From Candidatus Hydrogenedentota bacterium (GTDB taxonomy: Bacteria; Hydrogenedentota; Hydrogenedentia; Hydrogenedentales; CAITNO01), in contig JACFMU010000001.1 of the NCBI GenBank assembly GCA_019455225.1, forward strand, positions 291 through 64,290: a stretch of 64,000 bases of DNA, in the 5' to 3' direction. Shown in pieces: positions 54,826-64,000 of the stretch. A program made the translations under genes and the position numbers. The number at the start of each line of letters is the position of its first letter. Position 1 is the first letter of the stretch. The notes beneath the pieces were generated by a model that saw nothing but the letters and a program-made list of their open reading frames with translations, was not told the origin of the DNA and did not search any database.

Positions 54826-57650
54826 ATCCTGTTCGAGACAATAATTATCAAGATAAAGAAGAAATTCTAGTTTGTCTAGGTGTATAATTATTTATGTTTA
54901 CATTAAGAATCCCGATTCCGAATCGAGATACCGAAGTTCCATTCTCATGCGTGCTCGTTCGGTAATATTTCTTCGTAGAGTAGTTATCACATTCACAATC
55001 TGTTCCGCATCTGTTGGTATCGGAAGGTTTATTTCCTTTAGACGATTGCCAAGGGTTGCTATTGTACTTTGAATAAATGTTTTGGATTCGATTTGCAATC
55101 GCACTGCAGGGTGACGAAAAAGAAAAAGTAAGAGAAAAGGGTCATAGTTGGTGTGGTCTAAAGATCGTATGATCCGAAAATGGCTCTGGATCACAATTTG
55201 CGTGTCGTATTCAGTTAACAGACAGACATTCCCAATACGATAACGACCATCGTTTACGAATAAAATATCTCCTGCATGTAATCTTTGTTTTGGAGCATAC
55301 TCTGCGTAGATATCACGGCTCACCGCAAACGTAGGATCGTACGTAATTTCCAAATTAGCGATGTCTGATGTTCGAATAAAAGGAATATCACCCGTACCAT
55401 ATGCCTTGCTACCAATTTCGTGGCCTTTTCCAATTCTGAGTTTACCCAACTTTATTAATTGCTCAATGGAGACCAAATTAGCTTTAGTCCCATTTACAAA
55501 GTTATCAAGAACTGTTTGACTTTCTGGACTATAGTAACGAGGCACCAGATAATAACGCTTCATTTGTGACTGTGGTAACCGGAAGGACAGACGGCTGACA
55601 CTTTCAGAACTATAATTGCGGAGTGCGTGCGCAACTACGGAAATTTCATCATCCGGCGTTCCATCGGGCCGATATATTAATTGACCGCGCTTATCGTGTC
55701 CGCACGTTTTGCACACAGACAGAAAAAGTTCGTCGTCGCTAGTTTTGGAAATATTAAGATCGTGCTTTTGGAAAAAGATAACATTTGTCTTCGTGTCGGT
55801 ATGTGGCTGAAACATATGTCTCGTACAATCAACAATACCAAGGATTTTCCCTTGGCTTCTAATGAAATCGAGAACATATCCCATTCCACGGTTTCCAAGG
55901 ATTCCTTCAGGCAATATAATTCCCATGCGGCCTTTTGGCTTTAGCAATTGAATACATCTTTCAATAAAAAGAATTTGCGGAGATTCACTGTCCTTAATTT
56001 TATTGGTAAGAGCAAAACTGCCTGAAGATTCCACCACCCACCGATGACCAAGGTCATATTGCGCCAATAAATGCTTTCCTTTAACCGGAATACGTGCCCC
56101 AAAAGGAGGATTTGTCAGAACTACATCGAAAGTACCAAGTCCGATTTTATGGAGCATTATAGCATTCCAATCTTCTGGATGGTTCAAGGAGTTCTCACAA
56201 AATACCCCTCCCCGACCATCGCCGACTAATGCCATGTACGCTTTACATACTTTTGCGAGAAAAGCATCTTTGTCTATCCCACGAAAACATTCTGTCGCAA
56301 CTTCGACTTCACGTTTATAAAGCTGTTTTTCAGTCCAACCCTTTACATTACTTTGTCTGCGCAATTCTTGCCAGACATGCTCTAGTGCGACAATTAGGAA
56401 CCCTCCAGATCCACATGCAGGATCAATAATCCTTTCACCAGGTTTGGGGTCTATAATATCAACCATCATCTTAACTACGTTTCTTGGAGTAAAGAATTGA
56501 CCTTCAGCCCCACGTAAAGCTGGCCCTATGAAAACTTCAAATGCGTCGCCAATCGCATCTCGATCAGCATCCATAACGCAATAATTCTGTAGTTCACCAA
56601 CAACATAACACAAACTATCTGCATCCAAGCTTATTGTATCATTAGAAGCGAACACATCCTCATAAGTGGCATTTTTAACACGTCTAAAAAGTTCAAGGAT
56701 TCTCTTCTGGATTATGGCAGGCTCTTCGCCCACACCAGCGCGAAAGTTGATGGTGTCGTTCGGTTCGGTTTCCTGTTCATCCAGAATTTTGCAGAAAAGA
56801 ATATTGATGATTTCTTGGGCTAATGCCGCGTCAAGCGTAATGCCAGTAGTCATACCTGCAAGGTGGTTGCGTAAATCTCGAAAAATAGCTTTCAGATTTG
56901 ACGGCTTTTTAAGATCCTTCCGCTTATATAGGCCAATATCCTCAATTCTCTGCCCACATCTTGGTATGTTTGGCAGTGTGATATAGGTTCTCGATCCATC
57001 CTTGTGGTGAATCTTGCGGAGATATTCATGCTCGTTGCCATTGTACCAGACACCCACTTCGGCACAGCTCATGTCAAGATACAACTTGAGTTGCGCCACC
57101 CCATCCTTGCGGTTTTTTTTCTTACACTCCACCACCATAAAAAGATTGTCTTCAATTGTTTTCTCAGAATTAAATACAGCGATGTCTACTGGATAAGTCT
57201 TTTCCTCATCAGATGGAAACTTTCGGACCCGGTATTGGGGACGTGTCTGAATATGACTTTTTGGGTAACCATAATCCTCGACAAGCCGACGGGCGAATAC
57301 TTGAACAGCCTCCATCTCCTCAGGGGTGGCTTTAACCGGTCTCCCTGAAATGAAATCGTGGACAAACCCCGCCCTTAGTTCATTTGGCACTTCAGATTCG
57401 TTGTTGTCATTTTCTTTTTTCGACATATTAATTAACACCCATTCATATATTGCTATTGTACTATTGAATATCTCTATTATGTAGACAAACGAACATGCTC
57501 GCCTCCGGTCCCGTTGGCAAACTAACTCTCCGCTTTACTGTGGGCGCATGGACAAGATTGAGACTTACGGACTTAACGCTTTATCACAACTGCGGTAACA
57601 ATAGGCCATTTCAATGAAGGTGTCAAATAATTGGCACGTTACGGCGCATG
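54826..57650. other. AT-rich genomic islet (probable horizontal acquisition)
   Basis: I counted two sampled 60-nt lines: 55441-55500 is 19/60 G+C and 55981-56040 is 24/60 G+C, against roughly two-thirds G+C in flanking lines. The islet contains one gene only. No tRNA, integrase or transposase was seen. Confidence 0.65.
54898..57426 (-). CDS. Fused restriction-modification enzyme (Type IIG-like): HsdR_N-type PD-(D/E)xK nuclease plus gamma-class N6-adenine DNA methyltransferase plus single HsdS-like TRD
   Basis: The N-terminus has YPVDIAVF...FMVVECKK (D...ExK). The MTase motifs are GQFFTPRNVV, motif I IIDPACGSGGFL and motif IV LTNPPFG. The C-terminal roughly 230 aa resembles one HsdS target-recognition domain (GDIPFIRTSDI, GDILFVNDG). 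The ATG is at 57426. Confidence 0.8.
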   Translation of the reverse strand: MSKKENDNNESEVPNELRAGFVHDFISGRPVKATPEEMEAVQVFARRLVEDYGYPKSHIQTRPQYRVRKFPSDEEKTYPVDIAVFNSEKTIEDNLFMVVECKKKNRKDGVAQLKLYLDMSCAEVGVWYNGNEHEYLRKIHHKDGSRTYITLPNIPRCGQRIEDIGLYKRKDLKKPSNLKAIFRDLRNHLAGMTTGITLDAALAQEIINILFCKILDEQETEPNDTINFRAGVGEEPAIIQKRILELFRRVKNATYEDVFASNDTISLDADSLCYVVGELQNYCVMDADRDAIGDAFEVFIGPALRGAEGQFFTPRNVVKMMVDIIDPKPGERIIDPACGSGGFLIVALEHVWQELRRQSNVKGWTEKQLYKREVEVATECFRGIDKDAFLAKVCKAYMALVGDGRGGVFCENSLNHPEDWNAIMLHKIGLGTFDVVLTNPPFGARIPVKGKHLLAQYDLGHRWVVESSGSFALTNKIKDSESPQILFIERCIQLLKPKGRMGIILPEGILGNRGMGYVLDFIRSQGKILGIVDCTRHMFQPHTDTKTNVIFFQKHDLNISKTSDDELFLSVCKTCGHDKRGQLIYRPDGTPDDEISVVAHALRNYSSESVSRLSFRLPQSQMKRYYLVPRYYSPESQTVLDNFVNGTKANLVSIEQLIKLGKLRIGKGHEIGSKAYGTGDIPFIRTSDIANLEITYDPTFAVSRDIYAEYAPKQRLHAGDILFVNDGRYRIGNVCLLTEYDTQIVIQSHFRIIRSLDHTNYDPFLLLFLFRHPAVRLQIESKTFIQSTIATLGNRLKEINLPIPTDAEQIVNVITTLRRNITERARMRMELRYLDSESGFLM

Positions 57651-57669
57651 GCGACAAAATCAAGCCTTG

Positions 57670-57698
57670 CCCCGGTCCGGAGCATGTCCGAACCGGGG
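57670..57698 (-). terminator. Probable intrinsic terminator of the GH78 gene
   Basis: CCCCGGTCCGGA-gcatg-TCCGAACCGGGG forms a 12-bp stem with one mismatch, 19 nt after the stop at 57717. On the minus strand it is followed by CAAGGCTTGATTTTG. Confidence 0.45.
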
Positions 57699-57716
57699 CG
57701 TATGCGCAACCAAAAC

Positions 57717-60700
57717 TCAGAGGGCGCAGGGCGCCTCAAAGACGTAGTTTCCGGAGCCCGTGCGGCAGCAGACCTCGCCGTTCTCCACCCGGACCGCCTT
57801 CCCGAAGACCTGCGAGACGGGCGCGCCGCCCTCGGTCACCTGGTCCAGCCGGTCTGTGGGCAGAATAATCACCGCCTGCGTGTTGGGCGGCACGGTCACG
57901 GCCAGGCGCATGCGCCCGTTCTCCACCTTCCAGTCGGAGACAATCTCGCCCCGGATGGACCGGTGGGCCAGCCGCGCCGAAGTGAGCCCGCCGCCGGGAC
58001 GCGGCCGGATTTGCACGGTCTTGAACGCCGTCTGAAGGGGGGTGATGCCCGCCACATGGTCGTAAATGTACTCGCCCACTGCGCCGAAGGCGTAGTGGTT
58101 GAACGAGTTCATGCCGGGGTCGGCGAAGCCCTGTTCCGGTGTCCAGCCATTCCACCGCTCCCACATGGTCGTGGAGCCCAGGGTCACCTGGTACAGCCAG
58201 GACGGGAAGGTGGTGTTCATGAGCAGGCGGTAGGCCACGTCCTCGCGTCCAGCCAGGGTCAGTGCGGGCAGCAGGCGCGGCGTGCCGATGAATCCCGTGG
58301 CCAGATGCCAGTCGAAACGTTCGATTTCCTCCACAAACCGGTCCGCCGCCACCTTGCGCAGCTCTTCCGGAACCAGGTCAAAAGCAAAGGCCAGGGCGTA
58401 GCCCGTCTGGCTGCTTTCGAGGATTTTCCCGTCCCCGCCGACAAACGCCTTGATGAACGCGTCCTTGATGTTCCGGTGCAGTTCGGCGTAGCGCGCGGCG
58501 TCCGCGTCGCGCCCGATGATCGCCGCCATCTCGGCCATGATTCGCGCCAAATACGCGTAATAGGCCGTGCAGATGACCTCCGCCTTCGCGCCGCCGCCCA
58601 GGTTCACCCAGTCGCCGTAACCCAGGTCCTTGCGGATGAAGTTCTCGCTGCTGTTTTCCAGAAAGGTCATCCCCTTCACCATGTTGTCATAGTGTTTGGA
58701 GATGACCCGCGTGTCGCCGTAAAAATGGTGCATCAGATACGGGCAAATCAGCGCCGCGTCGCCCCAGGCCACCGCGCCGGAGCCGAGGCCCACGTCCGGG
58801 GCCACGTCGGCGAAGCTGCCGTTCTCCCGCTGCGAGTCCTGCACCAAGTCCACCAGCCACTTGGTGTGGAACGCGCCGATGTCGGCGGTGTACAGCGCCG
58901 TGGGCATGAAGAACTGCGCGTCGCCGGTCCATCCAAGGCGCTCGTCGCGCTGCGGGCAGTCCGTGGGCGCCTCCAGATAGTTGCCCTTCTGCCCCCAGAC
59001 AATGTTCTCGCCCAGTTTGGTCAGAAGCGGGTCTGAGCACTCGAAGAGGGCCGCGCGCGGGATGTCGTTGTGCAACACCACCCCGACCACCTGCTCCGGC
59101 GCGGGCGCCTTTTCCACCCCGGTAATCTCCACATACTGGAACCCGTGGAAGGTGAAGCCCGGCTCCAGCGTCACCCCGCCATCCTTCGCCAGAATGTAAC
59201 TGTCCGTGGCGCGGGCGCTGCGCAGGGCCACGGTGTAGAGCATCCCGTCCTCCTGGAGGCGCTCCGCGTGGCGCACGGTCACCTTGTCCCCCGCCTTCCC
59301 CTCGACGGTGATGCGCGGCCAGCCGACCAGGTTCTGGCCCATCTCGTAGACGAACACACCCGGCTGCGGCTCGGTCACGCTTTTCGCGGTGATGGTCTGG
59401 TCAACGCCCACGGGGTTGCCGGGGTAGGCCTGCACGGGCACGGAAACCCCCGCGCGCGGGGTCACCGCCACGGTGTCCCATGCGGTGTCGTCAAAGCCGG
59501 CGGCGTCCCACCCGGGCATCTCCAAACGCAGGTCGCGCACCTCGCCCATGAACAGGTCCGCCTCGCGGATGGGGCCGTAGGCCGCCTTCCACGAGCCGTC
59601 CGTCACCACGCGCTCCACGCCGCCGTCGGCATACTCGATTTCCAACTGCGCCATGAAGCGCGGCTCGGTGCCGTAGAAACCCCGGCCCTTCGCCCCCACA
59701 TGCCCGGCGTACCAGCCGTCGGCCAGGACGGCCGCCAGCGCGTTCGGCGCGCCCGCCTTCACCAGCGGGGTCACGTCATAGGTGTTGTAATAGACCCGTT
59801 TCCTGTAGTCGCTCCAGCCGGGGGTGAAGTGCCACGCGCCGACCCGCTCGCCGTTCAGGCGCGCCTCGTAGATGCCAAAAGCCGAGGCGTGCAGGGTGGC
59901 CTTCTTAACCTCCGGCTTGACGGCGAACTCCCTGCGCAGGAGCGGGGGCGGCGGCAGAAACCCGTCATTGCGCACCGGTTTCCCCCAGGGTGCGCCGCCG
60001 AAGGGCGCCTCCTCCGAGACCGCCGCCCAGGCCTTGTCGTCAAATCCGGGCTGGTACCACCCCGCGCCGGGCTTGTCCTTTGCCGCCTTCCAGGCCTTGT
60101 CCGTCTTCAGGATAAACGTCTGGCCGCCGCCAAGCGCCACCTCCAACGCCGCGATGAAGCCCGCGTTTCCCTGGGCGTTTTCAACCTCCACCGCCACGGC
60201 GTTTTTGCCGGCTTTGACGAATTCCGTGACATCGTAGGCATAGGAGCGGCTGTGGCTCTGGATGGGCTCCTGGCCCCGGCCCGCGCGTTTGCCGTTGATG
60301 TTGACCCTGGCGGCGTTGTCCGCCGACGCGTACAGCATGGCCTTTTCCACCGGCGCGCCGTCGGGCAGGTCGAACTCTTTCCGGAGCCACCGTTTCCCCG
60401 ACGGGTACTCGTTCGCGGGCACCCCCTCCGGATACCATATCCACACGGAATGTTCGAGCGGCTCGCGCTGCCGCGCCTCGTCGCCCGGCTCCGGCGCGTC
60501 ATAACCAATCCAGTCGGCGGACCAGTCCTCCGGCTCCAGCAGGCCGATGGAGAACCGCGCCGTCTCGCTCCATGCCGACTCCCGCCCATCCTGGTCCCAC
60601 ACCCGGACCTTCCAGAAACAGGCCGTCCGGGACACCAGCGGCTCACCGGTATAGGGGATGAGAATGGACTCCGCCGAGGCGACCTTCCCGCTGTCCCACA

Positions 60701-60938
60701 GGGTGCCCAGGTCCCCCTTCAGCGCGGATTCCGAATCGGCCACGAGAATCCGGTAGGCCTGCTGCGCGAGGTTGCGCCCCTCCCCCTTCAGAATCCAGGT
60801 GAAGCGCGGCTCCGTCTCGCCGATGCCCGCCGGGTCCACCCGGTATTCGCACTTCAACTCCGCGGGCGTCAGCGTGCCCGCCGCCCAAACCGCCGTGCCG
60901 GCGTGCAGGAGCACCGCCGCGAGAAATAAATGTTTCAT
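57717..60938 (-). CDS. Alpha-L-rhamnosidase, GH78 (secreted, long form)
   Basis: 1073 aa from the Met at 60938 (MKHLFLAAVLLHAGTAVWA). LKCEYRVDPAGI...PRFTWIL...AYRILVADSE...WDSGKV...FWKVRVWDQDG is the GH78 N-terminal signature. DCPQRDERLGWTGD is present. Confidence 0.85.
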   Translation of the reverse strand: MKHLFLAAVLLHAGTAVWAAGTLTPAELKCEYRVDPAGIGETEPRFTWILKGEGRNLAQQAYRILVADSESALKGDLGTLWDSGKVASAESILIPYTGEPLVSRTACFWKVRVWDQDGRESAWSETARFSIGLLEPEDWSADWIGYDAPEPGDEARQREPLEHSVWIWYPEGVPANEYPSGKRWLRKEFDLPDGAPVEKAMLYASADNAARVNINGKRAGRGQEPIQSHSRSYAYDVTEFVKAGKNAVAVEVENAQGNAGFIAALEVALGGGQTFILKTDKAWKAAKDKPGAGWYQPGFDDKAWAAVSEEAPFGGAPWGKPVRNDGFLPPPPLLRREFAVKPEVKKATLHASAFGIYEARLNGERVGAWHFTPGWSDYRKRVYYNTYDVTPLVKAGAPNALAAVLADGWYAGHVGAKGRGFYGTEPRFMAQLEIEYADGGVERVVTDGSWKAAYGPIREADLFMGEVRDLRLEMPGWDAAGFDDTAWDTVAVTPRAGVSVPVQAYPGNPVGVDQTITAKSVTEPQPGVFVYEMGQNLVGWPRITVEGKAGDKVTVRHAERLQEDGMLYTVALRSARATDSYILAKDGGVTLEPGFTFHGFQYVEITGVEKAPAPEQVVGVVLHNDIPRAALFECSDPLLTKLGENIVWGQKGNYLEAPTDCPQRDERLGWTGDAQFFMPTALYTADIGAFHTKWLVDLVQDSQRENGSFADVAPDVGLGSGAVAWGDAALICPYLMHHFYGDTRVISKHYDNMVKGMTFLENSSENFIRKDLGYGDWVNLGGGAKAEVICTAYYAYLARIMAEMAAIIGRDADAARYAELHRNIKDAFIKAFVGGDGKILESSQTGYALAFAFDLVPEELRKVAADRFVEEIERFDWHLATGFIGTPRLLPALTLAGREDVAYRLLMNTTFPSWLYQVTLGSTTMWERWNGWTPEQGFADPGMNSFNHYAFGAVGEYIYDHVAGITPLQTAFKTVQIRPRPGGGLTSARLAHRSIRGEIVSDWKVENGRMRLAVTVPPNTQAVIILPTDRLDQVTEGGAPVSQVFGKAVRVENGEVCCRTGSGNYVFEAPCAL

Positions 60939-61087
60939 GATGGTCCCATCCCTTTTGTGGTGGTTGACGCAAATCCGGGGAAATGGTTTCCACCGGTTCG
61001 CAGGCGAACTGATTCTAGCAACCCGGCGGGGCGGAACGCACACCCCGCCCCACCGTCAGTGCGGAGCCTCATGGTAATGACGACGGC

Positions 61088-64000
61088 CTACTCCGCGTAG
61101 GCCGGGTGCTCCAGCGCCACACGCTGGTCGAATGACGCCCAATAGGCCAGGTCGCTGGCATAGGGGTCCACGGGCGCGTTGGCGGGCAGGTCGGCGGCAA
61201 GCACGCCGTAGCGTCTCATCTCGCGGATATAGGGATAGGGCGGCTGGAAACCGGGCATGTCGAAGCGTTTGATGGTTTCCAGGCGGTTTTTTCCCGCCAC
61301 GCACAGGGCAAGGATGGCCTGATAGTCCGGGTCGGCCGTGTCCGCGAACACGGCGCGGGGCGCACCGTCACCGTCCTGGGCGTTGCAAATGCCATACCCG
61401 CCCGCCTCTTTGGCGAGGGGCGCCAGCAGCATCAGCGAGTATTCGGGCCGGGTCAGGTTGAACACGAGGTGGCGGGCGCGCTTCAGGCGGGGGTCGTTCC
61501 ACTCGGGCCGCCAGAAGGACACGTCATTCTCGTCGGAAAGCTGCTTCGGCACGCGCGTCATTCCGTTGTGGCATTCATAACAGCGCTTTTCGATGGCCGC
61601 CGCGGCGGCCTTGGACTCGGGCCACTCGTAGTCCGTCTCGATCTGCATGTTTTCGTGGTAGCCGCCGATGCCGCCTCCGCCGAGGGCGCCGTAGGTGCCC
61701 GGATAGGCCGCGCCGGTCTCAATCCAGTACCGGATGAAGGCGGTCTCCTTCGGGGAGAGCGCCACGCCGTGGTGTCCGCCGAGCACCTTTGCCATCAGCG
61801 GGCTGGCGGCGGCGCCCAGGCTGCGCGGGGCGTAGTTGCTCACCGCCTGGTCGCGCCCGTCCGATACCTGGCCGAGCACGGTCAGGGAGGCGTAACTGTG
61901 CGAATAGAGGGGGCCCCGGTCGCCCGCGAGCACCGCGCCGCCCGCGCGCGGGCCGTGTTCCGCGTCCGGATGGGGGGCATAATCATGGCACTTCACGCAG
62001 TGCCGGTCCAGAATCGGCTGGATGTCCCGGGGATAGTCGAACACCTCCGGAATGTCCGGCACGGGCGTGACGGCGCTGGGCTCGCGCCGCGCCGCCATCA
62101 GGCTGCCTTTTCCGGGGTTCAGGGGGGCGTGGGTGCGCTGCTCGTGGCAGCCGACACAACTGGTCAATTCGCCCGGCATCACGGTGAGAAAACTCTGCAT
62201 GCGCTTCACCGTGTTGTCGTCCCTGTCCAGGGCGACAAGGAACAGGGAGCGGTTCGCGGGCAGTTCCATGTAGGCCGACCCGTCCTCCTCCACGGGGACC
62301 GTGCCCAGCACGCGCTCCAGGGTGAAGGTGCCGCCGTAGCTGAGGGGGTCCATGCCCCCGGTGTAATTGATGGGCTTGGGCAGGGACTCGACCACCAGCA
62401 GTTTGGCGATCTCCCCCGGCCCCACCCCGTCCATATTGCGGCCCAGGCGCACATCCGACAGGAGCAGCCGCCCCGTCTCCTTCGCGTAGTTCACCCGCGC
62501 GGGGATTACCCGTTCGCGGGAACGCGGCCGGATGGGGCGCGGCTCGTGCAGTTCCCGCCTGTCCGGCGTGACCGGGATGCGGTGGAGGGTTTCCTGGACG
62601 CCGTCCCGGTCCAGCAGGACCAGTTCCCGGCCCCTGGCGGCGAGGAACGCGTCCGCCGAGACGGGGTAGGGGTCCCGGTAGCCGTTGCCGGTGATGTTGC
62701 GCAGGGACGGCAGGTGGTCCGGCCCGCGCTTCACATCCACCAGCGCCACATGTCCCGCGTGCTCTTTTGCGCCGTGGCCCGGCGAGTTGATGAAGAGAAT
62801 CTCCTCCGTGCCCGGCACGGGCTTCGCGTCAATGTAGAGGTCCGGCGGGTGCATGTTCCCGAAATGGGTCATCTGGCCCGTGCCGTCGGGATTCATGGCC
62901 CAGAGATGGTGGTAGTCCACCTGGCTGCGGTCCACATACTCCCAGCGCGTGTAGAGGATGCGCCCGTCGGGCAGGGGCCAGGGCGTGTTGTCATGCTCAA
63001 TGTTCGCGGACAGCGGCAGGACGTTGCGCCCGTCCGCGTCGCAGCGGTGCAGCGTCGCCACCTGCGTCAGCCAGCAGTTCACCCAGCGGCGGCTGCGCGT
63101 GGACACGAAAACAATGCCCCCGTCCGGCAGCCAGGCCGGCTCGATGTCGTCATATTCGCCGCGCGTGAGCTGCGTCAGGCCGCCTCCATCCGACTGGACG
63201 GTCCACAGATGAAACGTGTCCGTGCCGCCGCGGCGCCACGAGAAGAGTATCGTCCGCCCGTCGTAATGCACCGCCGGGTCGCGCAGGGTCCCCTCCGGGT
63301 CCTCGACCAGCGCCCGCGTGGAGCCGTCCGCCAGGCTGACCACATAAAGCCCGCCGCCGCTGACATAGGTCTTGCGGTTTTCATCGTCGGCAAAATAGCT
63401 GATATTCGCGTACCAGTGCCCGTCTGCATACAGGGCGCGGGTGGCGTAGACCACCTCGCGCACCCCTTCCCGCTCAAGCGCCGCCGCCAGGGCGGCGCGC
63501 CGGGCGCGGGTGGCCTCCATGCGCTCCTCCTCAACCTGCTTGAAGCGGTCGCGGAGCGCCTTGTCCGTTTTCTTGTCGAGGAACTCCACCTCCCAGAGGG
63601 AATACAGGGAAAAGCCACCCCCCGGCGCATTGCAGAGAATGCGGACAAACCGGCCCTGTTTTTTCCCCACCGGGACCCTCTCCCCGCCACCGGTCCCGTT
63701 GGTTTGATGGTATGCCGTGGTCCACACCGTCCCGTCTTTGGACAGTTGCACCTCGTAGTCTTGCGCGAAGGCCGCCTCCCAGAGCAGGCGAAGGTCGCCC
63801 ACGGGCATCACCCGGCCCAAATCAATCTGGAGCCACTCGCCGGGATTCCCTGTCGCGCCGGCCCAGCGGGTGGAGGGGTCACCATCCACCGCGCGATGGG
63901 GCGCAAAGTCGCCGGGGTGCGCCGAGGAGGCGGTGACAAAGCCCGCCGCCCCGTCCTCCGCCGGGCCGAAAACGAAGGCCAGAACCATCACCAGCCCCGC
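61088..64000 (-). CDS. Large secreted multidomain protein: F5/8 type C (discoidin) domain, beta-propeller-like region, three CxxCH motifs; N-terminus off the right edge
   Basis: The discoidin-like segment is AVDGDPSTRWAG...GEWLQIDLG...YEVQLSKDGTVW. TolB/PD40-like repeats follow. The heme-c type motifs are CVGCHE, CVKCHD and CYECHN. The reading frame is still open at position 64000. Confidence 0.6.
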   Translation of the reverse strand, partial: AGLVMVLAFVFGPAEDGAAGFVTASSAHPGDFAPHRAVDGDPSTRWAGATGNPGEWLQIDLGRVMPVGDLRLLWEAAFAQDYEVQLSKDGTVWTTAYHQTNGTGGGERVPVGKKQGRFVRILCNAPGGGFSLYSLWEVEFLDKKTDKALRDRFKQVEEERMEATRARRAALAAALEREGVREVVYATRALYADGHWYANISYFADDENRKTYVSGGGLYVVSLADGSTRALVEDPEGTLRDPAVHYDGRTILFSWRRGGTDTFHLWTVQSDGGGLTQLTRGEYDDIEPAWLPDGGIVFVSTRSRRWVNCWLTQVATLHRCDADGRNVLPLSANIEHDNTPWPLPDGRILYTRWEYVDRSQVDYHHLWAMNPDGTGQMTHFGNMHPPDLYIDAKPVPGTEEILFINSPGHGAKEHAGHVALVDVKRGPDHLPSLRNITGNGYRDPYPVSADAFLAARGRELVLLDRDGVQETLHRIPVTPDRRELHEPRPIRPRSRERVIPARVNYAKETGRLLLSDVRLGRNMDGVGPGEIAKLLVVESLPKPINYTGGMDPLSYGGTFTLERVLGTVPVEEDGSAYMELPANRSLFLVALDRDDNTVKRMQSFLTVMPGELTSCVGCHEQRTHAPLNPGKGSLMAARREPSAVTPVPDIPEVFDYPRDIQPILDRHCVKCHDYAPHPDAEHGPRAGGAVLAGDRGPLYSHSYASLTVLGQVSDGRDQAVSNYAPRSLGAAASPLMAKVLGGHHGVALSPKETAFIRYWIETGAAYPGTYGALGGGGIGGYHENMQIETDYEWPESKAAAAAIEKRCYECHNGMTRVPKQLSDENDVSFWRPEWNDPRLKRARHLVFNLTRPEYSLMLLAPLAKEAGGYGICNAQDGDGAPRAVFADTADPDYQAILALCVAGKNRLETIKRFDMPGFQPPYPYIREMRRYGVLAADLPANAPVDPYASDLAYWASFDQRVALEHPAYAE

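Overview
This is a 64 kb window from a high-GC bacterial chromosome (most 60-nt lines are about two-thirds G+C). Coding density is high and most genes are on the minus strand. Content, left to right:
- An Opp/Dpp-type ABC importer followed by a PIG-L deacetylase and a ROK kinase.
- Glycan-degradation genes scattered through the window: GH5, GH4, two GH78 rhamnosidases, a WbsX/GH99-like LamG protein, a formylglycine sulfatase, ThuA, Gfo/Idh/MocA, rhamnulokinase, an RpiB-family isomerase and an SGNH esterase.
- A co-directional string larB-larC-coaD-(flippase-like/alkaline-phosphatase-fold fusion)-nikR.
- Envelope and replication housekeeping genes: bamD-like, lptE, holA.
- The conserved rpmH-rnpA-yidD-yidC-jag-mnmE block, where jag and mnmE form one uninterrupted ORF.

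A DUF1559 prepilin-like protein and Tat-signal enzymes suggest a PVC-like lineage. I cannot place the organism from sequence alone.

I did not find an obviously novel multi-gene system. The strongest candidates for a second look are:
- A roughly 2.8 kb AT-rich single-gene island (about 54.83-57.65 kb) encoding a fused nuclease-methylase-TRD enzyme between two convergent GH78 genes.
- The Jag-MnmE fusion, with REP-like hairpin units inserted in frame in the MnmE G domain.
- A 223-bp MITE-like element with a 9-bp target-site duplication.
- Several unrelated micro- and minisatellite and hairpin families at gene boundaries.
- The lar/nikR string with its unusual membrane enzyme.

No rRNA, tRNA, CRISPR array, transposase or integrase gene was recognised. 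Many long track ORFs are antisense shadow ORFs typical of high-GC DNA and were not called. Track start codons can be GTG or TTG.
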